In this document: one piece after another, positions 37,638-47,222 of the stretch | How positions within the stretch are numbered: position 1 is the first letter of the stretch | How the letters are laid out: the number at the start of each line of letters is the position of its first letter | NCBI GenBank assembly: GCA_964410025.1 | Contig: CAYPFA010000002.1 | Location: 15,653-79,652, forward strand | DNA: 64,000 bases | Direction of reading: 5' to 3' | Origin: Candidatus Woesearchaeota archaeon | GTDB taxonomy: Archaea; Nanobdellota; Nanobdellia; Pacearchaeales; GW2011-AR1 | Made by a program: the position numbers and the translations under genes | Notes under the pieces: model-generated | What the model was told of the DNA's origin: nothing | Databases searched by the model: none | Seen by the model: only the letters and a program-made list of their open reading frames with translations

Positions 37638-38822
37638 ATGCTAACCATTATCCTCGCCATCACACTCGGAATCATCTTGGGAATAATTACAGGTTTAATT
37701 CCCGGACTTCACACAAACCTAATTTCCGCATTGACAATTACAATACTTCCATTCCTTTTACTTTATTTTTCACCATTCTCACTTGCAATCTTTATAGTCT
37801 CACTTTCTATAACAAACCTATTTATTGAATTTATTCCTTCAACCTATTTAGGCGCACCAGATGAAGACACGGCACTTTCAGTTTTACCAGGACATGAACT
37901 CCTATTAAAAGGAAAAGCCCATTTCGCAATTTTCCTCTCATCACTCGGAAGTCTAATTGGATTATTTATGGCAATTATTTTAGCACCTCTTTTATTTATT
38001 TCACTCAACACAATTTACCCATTTTTCGAAACAATGATGCCCTGGCTTTTAGTTTGGATTTGCATTCTTCTTCTATTGGACTCAAAACAACTCGCCCTTT
38101 CTCTAATTATTTTTATTCTTTCTGGGTTTTTAGGAATTGCCTCTCTAAACCTAACAATTAACCAACCACTTCTTCCACTCCTAACCGGGTTATTTGGAAT
38201 TTCTAGTATAATTTATTCCATCTCTCAAAAAACAAATATTCCTAATCAAGACACAACCCTTGATTTTATCGATAAAAAAACTTTCACAAAACCAATTCTA
38301 ATCAGCGCACTAATTTCCCCCATCTGCTCTTTTCTTCCCGGACTCGGAAGTTCCCAAGCAACCATAATTGGATCAAAAATTTCAAACCTAAAAAGAGAAC
38401 AATTTCTAATTTTAAATAGTACAATAAGTCCTATTCTAATGTCCTTGTCTTTTGTGACAGTTTTTCTAATAAATAAATCAAGAACAGGTTCAGCAAGCGC
38501 CATTTCAGAAATGATTCAACTTTCAAAAAATCAAATCTGGATTATCCTTGCACTTACAATAATCGTCGGACTTATTGTATTTTTTATCACACTTAAAATT
38601 TCAAAATCCATTGCAAATAAAATTCAAAACATAAATTATGAAAAGCTTTCATGGACCATTCTAATTTTCCTAATAATTATGACGGCAGTTATCTCTGGAC
38701 ACCTGGGGCTTTTAGTTTTAATAATATCTACATTTCTCGGACTTTCCTGCCAATATTACGGAATAAGAAAAGGTTTACTGATGGGTTGCTTGTTAATTCC
38801 GACTATTATTATATATTTATAA
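37638..38822 (+). CDS. TctA/DUF112-family polytopic membrane protein
   Basis: GLIPGLH and LPGLGSSQATI motifs; about 10 TM segments. Confidence 0.55.
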   Translation: MLTIILAITLGIILGIITGLIPGLHTNLISALTITILPFLLLYFSPFSLAIFIVSLSITNLFIEFIPSTYLGAPDEDTALSVLPGHELLLKGKAHFAIFLSSLGSLIGLFMAIILAPLLFISLNTIYPFFETMMPWLLVWICILLLLDSKQLALSLIIFILSGFLGIASLNLTINQPLLPLLTGLFGISSIIYSISQKTNIPNQDTTLDFIDKKTFTKPILISALISPICSFLPGLGSSQATIIGSKISNLKREQFLILNSTISPILMSLSFVTVFLINKSRTGSASAISEMIQLSKNQIWIILALTIIVGLIVFFITLKISKSIANKIQNINYEKLSWTILIFLIIMTAVISGHLGLLVLIISTFLGLSCQYYGIRKGLLMGCLLIPTIIIYL

Positions 38823-38867
38823 AAAATCATTCTAAATTTTTAATAGACTTATCTGTCAGATTTGAGA

Positions 38868-38967
38868 CACTCATAACTCCGTGCGAGCAGCACGGAAATA
38901 ATCAAAACAAATTTTTCATCAGAAAAATTTGACAATTCCCAACAAAAAACATTTCTTCCTGTTATAT
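38868..38967 (+). repeat. bipartite-hairpin intergenic element, copy 12
   Basis: CACTCATAACT; hairpin 1 CCGTGC-GAGCA-GCACGG (38879-38895); hairpin 2 CAAATTTTT/AAAAATTTG (38908-38931); ACAATTCCCAACAAAAAACATTTCTTCCTGTTATAT. The dnaE stop is at 38974. Confidence 0.9.
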
Positions 38968-38973
38968 CCACTC

Positions 38974-41900
38974 TTAAAACTCCAGCGGTCTACAAATTCC
39001 AATCTTCTTTGCAATAAATGCATCTCCGTATTCTTTATCTTTTACAAAAGTTCCCAATATTCTAAGCCCCATTCCTTCCTTAATTTCTTTATTACCAATT
39101 GTCTCCTTAAAAATTTTAGGAAAAACAGTGATCTTTAACTCTCCCTCTTTATTATAAATATTCATAAACGCCATTTCATCCGCCCCCTTTGTCATAATTT
39201 TACTATATCTTTTCACGAGTCCAAAAACATCTGTCTCTTTATCTTCCGCCAATTGACCATAAGGCATAAAAAATTTGGATTTTGATTCGGCATAAACATC
39301 AACAGGATGACCAGAAACACAAACTCCCAATAATTCTTGCTCGACCGCAAGTCTATGCTTAAGCGGCATCTGCGGCAAATCAGGATATTTCATCACACTA
39401 GCAATTCCTCCAAATAAATTCATTTGCTTATCTTTTTTCTGACTTTCTTTCTCAACTTTTTCATAGACAGCCAAAAGACTCGACCTATTTACTCCCAACT
39501 CATCAAAGCATCCCACTGAAATTAAATTATGACAAACTCTCTTATTTACCTTTGATAAATCCACCTTATTGATAAAATCCTGATAATTTTTATACGGTCT
39601 ATTTTCAATAATACTCTTAAGCGCCTCATCTCCAACATTTTTAATTCCCTTAAGACCTACACGAATAACTTTTTCGCCATCGATTTTTTCTACATTAAAA
39701 CTTTCCTGAGAACTATTAATATCTGGTGGCAAAATACTTATTCCTTCCTCTCTAGCTGCATTCAAATAAAAAGATAATTTATCTGGATCACCCACCGAAG
39801 AAGAAATTGTTGCCGCATAAAACTCAACTGGATAATGCATTTTCAAATATGCGGTTCTATATGAAATTAAAGCATAGGCCGCCGCATGACTTTTATTAAA
39901 AGAATATGAAGCGAATTTCACAATATCATCCCACAATTTATCTATATCTCTCTCTTGCATTCCAGAAACACTCAAACACCCATCCTTAAATTTTTTCTCC
40001 ATCTGCATCATTAGATCAAGTTTCTTCTTACCTATCGCTTTTCTTAAAGTATCCGACTCTCCACGAGTAAAGCCCGCCAAAACTCTAGATAACTGCATAA
40101 CTTGTTCCTGATAAACCATAATTCCATAGGTTGGTTCTAAAACTTCTCTAGCTTTTTCATGCGGATATTCAACACTCTCTCTTCCGTGTTTTCTATTCGC
40201 ATAAACTTCTAAATATTGCATCGGTCCCGGTCTATAAAGTGCCACAAGTGCAATAATGTCATCAAAGCAAGTTGGCTGAATTAACGACAAAGTTTTTCTC
40301 ATCCCCTCGCTTTCAATTTGAAAAACCCCAATGCTTTTTGAACGCCTCAGCATCTCATAAACATCGTCATCATCTCGAGGAATATTTTCCAGCCACTCAT
40401 CTGTTTTGCCAATCTGATCCAAAACTTTCTTAATAATATTTAAAGTTTCAAGTCCTAAAAAATCAAACTTCACTAGTCCATAAGTTTCAATATCTGGCCC
40501 TTCAATTTGCGTAACAACATCTCCGTCTCTCAAATATGTTGGAATATATTCCGTAATTGGTTTTTGCCCCCAAACAACTCCGCAAGCATGAACTCCCTTA
40601 TGACGAACACAACCCTCAAGTCTTCGCGCCGCCTTAAATATTTCAGAATATTTTTCCTCAAACTCTCTAAGTTGCCTAGCTTCTTCACTCAAATTCCCCT
40701 TCTGGTCTTTTGAATCAATCGAACCCTGAATAGAATCCTCTAAGACAAGTTTAGTGATTGCATTAGCCTCATCAAACGGAACCTTAAACACTCGCATAAC
40801 ATCTTTTAAAACAGCCTTCGCTCCCATCGTTCCAAAAGTTCCAATCATTGCAACTTTATCTTCACCATATTTCTTTCTAACATAATCAAGCACAATATCC
40901 TTATTTCCAAAATCAATATCAAAATCTGGCAGAGAAACTCTATCTGGATTCAAAAATCTCTCAAACAAAAGTCCTAAACTCAACGGTTCCAACTGTGTGA
41001 TTCCTAAACAGTATGCTACAATAGAACCTGCACCAGACCCCCTACCTGGTCCAACCTGACAGAATTTTTTCGCATGCGCAATAAAATCAGCTACAATTAA
41101 AAAATATGCCTCAAAACCCATCTTCTCAATAACTGAAAGTTCAAAATCCATTCTCTCAGAAGCTTCTTTATAATTTGTTTTTCCGCCATAATTCTTTTCC
41201 AGCCCCTCCGTGCACCACTTTCTTAAATATTCTTTGTGAGTCATTCCATCCGGCGCAACAAAATCTGGAAAAATAGATGTGCCCATTTTTAACTCCACAT
41301 TGCATCTGTCCGCAATCTCTTTTGTCACGTCAATATATTCTGGATTTTCTGGAAACAAATTTCTAACCTCCTCTTCCGACATAACATGATATCCTTCACC
41401 ACTGAAAGTCATTCTATTTGGATCACTCATTAAGGCATTTGTTTGAATAGCTAACATAATTTCATGAGCATGTGCATCTTCTTTTTTCAAATAATGACTA
41501 TCTGTAGTAGCAACAATTTTTAAACCATATTCCTTTGCAAATCTCTGATAAACCTCTCTGACAACAACCTCTTCTTTTATTTTATGATTTTGAACCTCTA
41601 AATAAAAATTCTCCTTACCAAATATATCTAAATATTCTTCCAATATTTTTCTTGCACTCGCCTCATCGCCAGCCATAATAGATCTAGAAACATCATTGGC
41701 AATACACGCACTCATGCAAATAATCCCCTCAGAATATTTTCGCAAAGTTTTCCTATCAATTCTCGCTCTATAATAAAATCCATCACTATTAGCAATTGAA
41801 ACAAGCTTTACCAAATTTTGATAACCAGCCAAATCTTTTGCCAACAAAACCAAGTGATAATCTTTGCCTTTTTGTCTACTCAGCATATCCTCAGTAATAT

Positions 41901-42102
41901 AAGCCTCAAAACCAAAAATTAATTTTATGCCAGCCTTTTTTGCCGCCTGATATTTCTTAATAATCGCACCCATGTTTCCATGATCAGTCACGGCAACCGC
42001 ATCCATACCCAATTTTTTCACGTGCTCAAAAAGCTCATCTACCTTTGTCGCTCCATCCAGAAGGCTATATTCTGTGTGTAAATGTAGATGTGTAAATGCC
42101 AT
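38974..42102 (-). CDS. dnaE: bacterial-type family C DNA polymerase, DNA polymerase III alpha subunit (DnaE)
   Basis: PHP domain HLHLHTEYSLLDGA; GPGRGSGAGSIVAYCLGIT; catalytic PDFDIDF; C-terminal OB-fold-like region; 1042 aa, uninterrupted. Confidence 0.9.
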   Translation of the reverse strand: MAFTHLHLHTEYSLLDGATKVDELFEHVKKLGMDAVAVTDHGNMGAIIKKYQAAKKAGIKLIFGFEAYITEDMLSRQKGKDYHLVLLAKDLAGYQNLVKLVSIANSDGFYYRARIDRKTLRKYSEGIICMSACIANDVSRSIMAGDEASARKILEEYLDIFGKENFYLEVQNHKIKEEVVVREVYQRFAKEYGLKIVATTDSHYLKKEDAHAHEIMLAIQTNALMSDPNRMTFSGEGYHVMSEEEVRNLFPENPEYIDVTKEIADRCNVELKMGTSIFPDFVAPDGMTHKEYLRKWCTEGLEKNYGGKTNYKEASERMDFELSVIEKMGFEAYFLIVADFIAHAKKFCQVGPGRGSGAGSIVAYCLGITQLEPLSLGLLFERFLNPDRVSLPDFDIDFGNKDIVLDYVRKKYGEDKVAMIGTFGTMGAKAVLKDVMRVFKVPFDEANAITKLVLEDSIQGSIDSKDQKGNLSEEARQLREFEEKYSEIFKAARRLEGCVRHKGVHACGVVWGQKPITEYIPTYLRDGDVVTQIEGPDIETYGLVKFDFLGLETLNIIKKVLDQIGKTDEWLENIPRDDDDVYEMLRRSKSIGVFQIESEGMRKTLSLIQPTCFDDIIALVALYRPGPMQYLEVYANRKHGRESVEYPHEKAREVLEPTYGIMVYQEQVMQLSRVLAGFTRGESDTLRKAIGKKKLDLMMQMEKKFKDGCLSVSGMQERDIDKLWDDIVKFASYSFNKSHAAAYALISYRTAYLKMHYPVEFYAATISSSVGDPDKLSFYLNAAREEGISILPPDINSSQESFNVEKIDGEKVIRVGLKGIKNVGDEALKSIIENRPYKNYQDFINKVDLSKVNKRVCHNLISVGCFDELGVNRSSLLAVYEKVEKESQKKDKQMNLFGGIASVMKYPDLPQMPLKHRLAVEQELLGVCVSGHPVDVYAESKSKFFMPYGQLAEDKETDVFGLVKRYSKIMTKGADEMAFMNIYNKEGELKITVFPKIFKETIGNKEIKEGMGLRILGTFVKDKEYGDAFIAKKIGICRPLEF

Positions 42103-42162
42103 GCCTCACTCCATCTCTTCCTGTTTATAATTATATCTTATCATCTAAGGGTGGTTAATTTT

Positions 42163-45100
42163 TCAAAATTCTCCGAGTCCGGTTTGTTTCATAGTCTCTT
42201 TCCCAAAAATACTCTCGATATATAATTTTGCCAAATTAAGTGATTGTATTGTATAATCAGGAATATGATATTTATCTGCCAACATTATTGCATGTTCTAA
42301 ATATTTTTTTATACTTCCTTCTGAAATTGTAAAAATAATTTTTCCTCCACACTTATAGCAAACCCCAGCTAAAGGTGGTCTCCTAAATTTTTGATTACAA
42401 CTAGAACATCTAAATTGTTGATGTGAAAACTTTCTCAAATTACCTCTAATGTCTCGGATAAAATGTCTCTCAATAATCAATCTTGCCACATCCGACGCAT
42501 CCACCGCTCTAATTTTTTCACACAAATCCATTTGTTGCTCCACCTTTTCTCTCATCGTGGGAAGAATTTTATAAGCAGAATTAAAAACACCTGCATTAAA
42601 ATTTCCCGTATCATGAGTAAATCCCATATTAACAAAAGTATCCTTCCCTTCTTTTAAAAGAGTTTTAACCGTAGTAATTTTTACCTCAGACGAATGCTTT
42701 CTCTGCTCGGCCAACTCATACACAGATAAAGGATATCTTGAACAAGTTTCAAAATCTAAAATCTGATCATCAACCTCTCCAGCCCTAATATGCGCGTTCA
42801 AGACAAGCGGCGCATCCTGAGTTCCTCCACGATGAGAAGGTAAAAACTTTCTAGAAAAATTAATCAGAACGTCCATTAACATCATAATTGCAGCCTCGTC
42901 TCCATCACAATCTCTCCTCATTGCCGCATGCATAAATGGACTAGCAACCAAACCCTGTAATTTACAAAAACCTATTATTCTCCCCACAACTCCCGCACAA
43001 TTATGCGGAGCCATACAAACCACCATCTGCCCCACCAAATCCTCTTTTGTTTTAAGATTATAAAATCTCGGAAGACCATAGGCCTTTTCTAATAATTCAT
43101 CAATAAAATTAGCTATATTAAAGAAAACATCATCAGCTCTTTCGTCTTTCGTATCTGGGCAACAAGGTAAAACAATATCATGCGGCATTAAAACTAAAAG
43201 CTGATCAGAACTAACCAGCTCCTTTCCATAAATATCTTCATCATATCCTAAATTTTTTAATTTTTCAACACTCACGCCAATCTCAATTGGCTTAAAATGA
43301 GTAAGTGGTATTTCTGTTGCATCATATCTTATCGTCCCATCTTTATTAACACAAAGATTATATTTAGCCCTTAAAATTCCCTTAATGGGATCTTCAAAAT
43401 CATGTCCCTCGCAGTTAGTTCCCCTAACTCCCTTAATTAAATTCGGTATTTCTCCAGAAGAATAATTTATTCGCTTAACTGAATTATTAAAAATATCTAA
43501 AATTTCAACCTTTCTATTTGAATAACCCCTACATTTCCCATGGACAATACACTCTTCATGCTCCTTATTTTCATTACACCTAACACAATAATATTTTTTT
43601 ACTGTCTCCTTGCCACAAGTTTCACAATTTTTTAAAATAGTTTCTTTCTTGCACTCATTACAGAAAAAAAGAGGAAATTCTGATTTTACATTTCCAATCC
43701 TCACTGCCTCATTTAAACTTCTAAATCTTCCGCCCTGCTCTCCAACGGGAAACAAAACATTTGGACTTCCAGTAAGTTTTCTAAGTTTTGCTTTTTCAGG
43801 CCTTCCCATTCTTGCACCAATAAAATCTCCTGCCTTATCCTTAATTAAATAACCTGAAAGAACATTAACAATTTCTAAAACATTTTTACCTTCATATTTT
43901 TCATCAATAATTTTTTTTATCTGCTCTTTAAAATTAAGGTTCTTATCTAATCCTAAGTTCATTAAAAAAAACTCTCCATTATCTATAACAACATTATCTA
44001 AAACGACCTCGTGTTCTACCCCTAATATTTCTAAAGTCCTCTTACTTTCTGCAAATTTTTCCCTAACGTGTTTGGAATATGGCAAAACTAAACTCCCCGT
44101 CCATTCAGCATTTTGTAGCCAATCTAAAAGAGGGGCAAAATTTTCTCTTGAAATCTGCGTCCAATAAAATATATAACTAGGATGCATAGGCACACTATAT
44201 TTTTTAGAAAAATCTTTAGCCTGATCAAAAGATATATTATATTCATCAACAGCAACCTCTTCCTTGATGGCTTCTATTTTTTTCTGGAGATCCAACTGCC
44301 ACCACTCTTCAACATAACCCGGCCGAGGCAACTCTGCATTTCTATTTATAACATCTCCAAGTGGAAACAAAATATCACCTAAATAAATTACCTCTTCAAT
44401 ATCTTTGTAAATTTTTCTAGCCTGCTCTGGATTTTGAATTTTTTTAACATTTCCATTTTTAAATCTAACAATTGGCCCATCAATTTTATCACAAGAGGTT
44501 AAGATACATCCCTTTGTGGGCTTTTCAATTTTTAATTGATTTCCACTAGATAAAAAATTATTTGAAATAAACATGGTTGCTGGATGTATAGATGTCGCAG
44601 AAAAACCCGCAACACGAGAACGCCCATATCTAAATCTAAAACTTCCCGAACGAGATGGGTGCCCAAAAATTGGTCGCCCCGCAACCAAATCTTTAATATA
44701 TGTAGCAGTAGTATCTTTAGTTCCTTTTTCTCGTTTTTTATGAAGTTCTATATAGCCATCCAAAAAACTCCAATCCGATAAAACAAAACCCTTAGATTTT
44801 ACAACCCTAATCATTCTAGAAATTTTAGCTGCCTTTTGAGCCAAGCCTTCCGCAAAAACCAAACACATACCTCCTCTAATAAAATTTGTTTCTATTCTTG
44901 GTAAGTCTTTAAAATTAGATACCTCTTTGTCTTCCGAAGGCTCACCAGAAATTTGAACAGGAATTGCCCTAGCTAAATAAATTAATTCTTCTTCCGTTGG
45001 TAAATACTGTAAATTATTAATTCTTTCATGATAATCTATAATCTCTGTAACAAATCTCTTAACTTCTTTTTCCGTAGGATCATATTTTGCAAAACCAAAC

Positions 45101-45621
45101 AACTCTCTTAAATAATCAGCAATAACTACAGAAAAAGCAGCACCAGTTCCACCTGCGCTTCTAACTGGCCCAGAATAATTAATAGCAAAATAATCTTTTC
45201 CGTCCTCTGTCTTATTTAATTTTATACCAGTAAATCCCTCTATTGGGGAAGAAACAACACCTAGCGTCATATATGCAAAGCCCACTCTTATTCCGGCATC
45301 AATAGCTTGGATTAAGGATTCAAACTTACAATATCTCTCTTTCGCAATCTCCTCGGCAATTTTCAAAGCAACACAAGGATCCAACTGGCCAAATTCTATT
45401 TCTAAATCTAAAATTCTTCTTGAAATCTTTTTTCCAATATCATCACCCATTTGAGGATAAATTGTAGAAATCAAACCAACCACCTTCTCAGCCAAAGACA
45501 TTGCAAGAGGAATTTCCACCTTCCCAACAGGATCAAAACCTTTTTTTCGAGCCATTTCTGCTACAATATATTCTTTTCTAACACCTAAAACAATTTCATC
45601 AAAATATTTTTCAGTTTCCAT
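42163..45621 (-). CDS. dp2: DNA polymerase D (Pol II) large subunit DP2
   Basis: 1152 aa; Cys clusters CNECKKETILKNCETCGKE and CSSCNQKFRRPPLAGVCYKCGG; CMAPHNCAGVVGRIIGF; no intein-sized insertion apparent from its length. Confidence 0.9.
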   Translation of the reverse strand: METEKYFDEIVLGVRKEYIVAEMARKKGFDPVGKVEIPLAMSLAEKVVGLISTIYPQMGDDIGKKISRRILDLEIEFGQLDPCVALKIAEEIAKERYCKFESLIQAIDAGIRVGFAYMTLGVVSSPIEGFTGIKLNKTEDGKDYFAINYSGPVRSAGGTGAAFSVVIADYLRELFGFAKYDPTEKEVKRFVTEIIDYHERINNLQYLPTEEELIYLARAIPVQISGEPSEDKEVSNFKDLPRIETNFIRGGMCLVFAEGLAQKAAKISRMIRVVKSKGFVLSDWSFLDGYIELHKKREKGTKDTTATYIKDLVAGRPIFGHPSRSGSFRFRYGRSRVAGFSATSIHPATMFISNNFLSSGNQLKIEKPTKGCILTSCDKIDGPIVRFKNGNVKKIQNPEQARKIYKDIEEVIYLGDILFPLGDVINRNAELPRPGYVEEWWQLDLQKKIEAIKEEVAVDEYNISFDQAKDFSKKYSVPMHPSYIFYWTQISRENFAPLLDWLQNAEWTGSLVLPYSKHVREKFAESKRTLEILGVEHEVVLDNVVIDNGEFFLMNLGLDKNLNFKEQIKKIIDEKYEGKNVLEIVNVLSGYLIKDKAGDFIGARMGRPEKAKLRKLTGSPNVLFPVGEQGGRFRSLNEAVRIGNVKSEFPLFFCNECKKETILKNCETCGKETVKKYYCVRCNENKEHEECIVHGKCRGYSNRKVEILDIFNNSVKRINYSSGEIPNLIKGVRGTNCEGHDFEDPIKGILRAKYNLCVNKDGTIRYDATEIPLTHFKPIEIGVSVEKLKNLGYDEDIYGKELVSSDQLLVLMPHDIVLPCCPDTKDERADDVFFNIANFIDELLEKAYGLPRFYNLKTKEDLVGQMVVCMAPHNCAGVVGRIIGFCKLQGLVASPFMHAAMRRDCDGDEAAIMMLMDVLINFSRKFLPSHRGGTQDAPLVLNAHIRAGEVDDQILDFETCSRYPLSVYELAEQRKHSSEVKITTVKTLLKEGKDTFVNMGFTHDTGNFNAGVFNSAYKILPTMREKVEQQMDLCEKIRAVDASDVARLIIERHFIRDIRGNLRKFSHQQFRCSSCNQKFRRPPLAGVCYKCGGKIIFTISEGSIKKYLEHAIMLADKYHIPDYTIQSLNLAKLYIESIFGKETMKQTGLGEF

Positions 45622-47173
45622 TATTACTCTCCTTTTTTTTATTACTAAAATCCATTATTTTTACTTCTCTAGTTTTTAAGTTAAAAATAGGAACTTTACA
45701 TGGATCTGGATTATTTCCTACTTTTTCCTCAAAGGGTGTAATTGACTGCCAGCAAGAACTAGCTATAAGTAAAATATTATTATAAACAGAAACCTCTGGT
45801 CTATGTAAATCACCAGTAGCCACAATATCTGGAATAATATCAATAACTAATGGGTCATTCTCACTAGGGACATAATCACAACTTCCATGAATAGGTGCAA
45901 GATGTCGTCTTTTAAGCAATTCTTTAACGATGGTAGTTGGAGAATTATGCCCAAAATTTATTCTAATATCACTCATTTCTTCAATAATACCATGAAAACT
46001 TGCACCATGATACATTAATATTTTAAAACCACCCTCAATTTCCACAGTACATGGATTAGTAGCTAAAAAAACATTTTCCATTTTATGTAATTCTGGCGCC
46101 CAATTTATACCAATTGCCGGCTGTGGCTCACCAACCCAAACAGCATCATGCTGCCCTGGAGAAATAATTATTTTAACATCTTTTCTTATAAGATTAAGTA
46201 AATCTGAAAGTTTTTTATATTGCTTTGTTGTTTCTAATATATTTAAAAGCCTCTCCTGATCTGGGAAAATACCAATTCCATCAACATTATCTCCAACTAA
46301 AAAAAGATATTTAACTTTTTTAGCAATATTTTTTTGTTCTTCATCGCCATCCTCTCCATTAAGCCATTTGATAAATTTTAAAAAACTATCTTCTAAAAAC
46401 ATTTTTGAACCAATATGAATATCTGAAGTAAAGGCCACTAAAACCTCTTTGTCGTATTTTCTCTTTTCTATTAAAAATGCATCTGGAAAAAACACCTCAT
46501 TTGCGAACAACATCTCTTTTGTTCCAGAAACACTAAAGGCAACAATATCATCAGGAAGAATGTCTTTGCATTTTTCATATAAATCTTCTCTATTTGCATT
46601 AATAAGAACCCTAGTTCTTCCTGTCATATCTTCCACCTCAAACATAAGATTTTTATTTTTTGTTGTTCTTTTATCAGCTATAGAAACAATAATTTGCTGA
46701 GCATCTCTTTCACCTGTCAATCTTCTTAATGATTTTAAATTTCCTAAATTTTTGGTTTGTAAAATATTTTTTAACTTCTCATATCTACTCCTATAGTGTT
46801 TAACAAAATCCTGAACTTCTATTTTTTTAGGAGAAATTATACTAGAAGATAATATTTTTATATCACTATTACTTAAATTTACTCGAGAACCAAAAGAAAC
46901 ATCTTCCATTCCCACAATACATCCTATATTTTTAAAAAATAAACCTAGTTGCTCTTGTTTATTATCTTTAATTAGACTTTTTTTTATTTCCTCAATATAA
47001 TTATTAAAAATAACTTTTGTAATAACTCTCTCTTTTATTTTTAAACTCAATAAGATATTAATTATTTTTTTAAAAAAATCCTCATCTAAACTAGAAAGCG
47101 CCTCAAGAATGTCTTTATCTAATAAAAACCCATTCTGCATACATAACTTTAATATTTGTTTTTTAATTTCCAT
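45611..47173 (-). CDS. dp1: DNA polymerase D small subunit DP1 (exonuclease)
   Basis: Metallophosphoesterase motifs FTSDIHIGS, VGDNVDG, PGQHD. Overlaps dp2 by 11 nt. Confidence 0.9.
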   Translation of the reverse strand: MEIKKQILKLCMQNGFLLDKDILEALSSLDEDFFKKIINILLSLKIKERVITKVIFNNYIEEIKKSLIKDNKQEQLGLFFKNIGCIVGMEDVSFGSRVNLSNSDIKILSSSIISPKKIEVQDFVKHYRSRYEKLKNILQTKNLGNLKSLRRLTGERDAQQIIVSIADKRTTKNKNLMFEVEDMTGRTRVLINANREDLYEKCKDILPDDIVAFSVSGTKEMLFANEVFFPDAFLIEKRKYDKEVLVAFTSDIHIGSKMFLEDSFLKFIKWLNGEDGDEEQKNIAKKVKYLFLVGDNVDGIGIFPDQERLLNILETTKQYKKLSDLLNLIRKDVKIIISPGQHDAVWVGEPQPAIGINWAPELHKMENVFLATNPCTVEIEGGFKILMYHGASFHGIIEEMSDIRINFGHNSPTTIVKELLKRRHLAPIHGSCDYVPSENDPLVIDIIPDIVATGDLHRPEVSVYNNILLIASSCWQSITPFEEKVGNNPDPCKVPIFNLKTREVKIMDFSNKKKESNNGN

Positions 47174-47222
47174 GTCTTATCACTCCGAACCCTGTTTAAA
47201 ACAGTTTAATTGTCTAAGTGAA

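Noticed and set aside
10271-38967. Reading the conserved TTGACA...TATAAA in the intergenic elements as a bacterial sigma-70 promoter
   Set aside because: The spacing between TTGACA and the TATA-like box is about 25-30 nt, not 17. The host is archaeal by its replication, translation and repair genes. TTGACA is simply the 3' arm of hairpin 2 in some copies.
38651-39138. Track ORFs 38651-38932 and 38929-39138 (plus strand)
   Set aside because: The first is an out-of-frame overlap of the TctA-like gene end running into intergenic element 12. The second is antisense to the dnaE 3' end.
38974-42102. Taking DnaE as evidence that the contig is bacterial or chimeric
   Set aside because: It is flanked within 61 nt by PolD DP2 on one side and by a copy of the window-wide intergenic element on the other. 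Composition looks uniform by eye. Chimerism still needs read-level confirmation.
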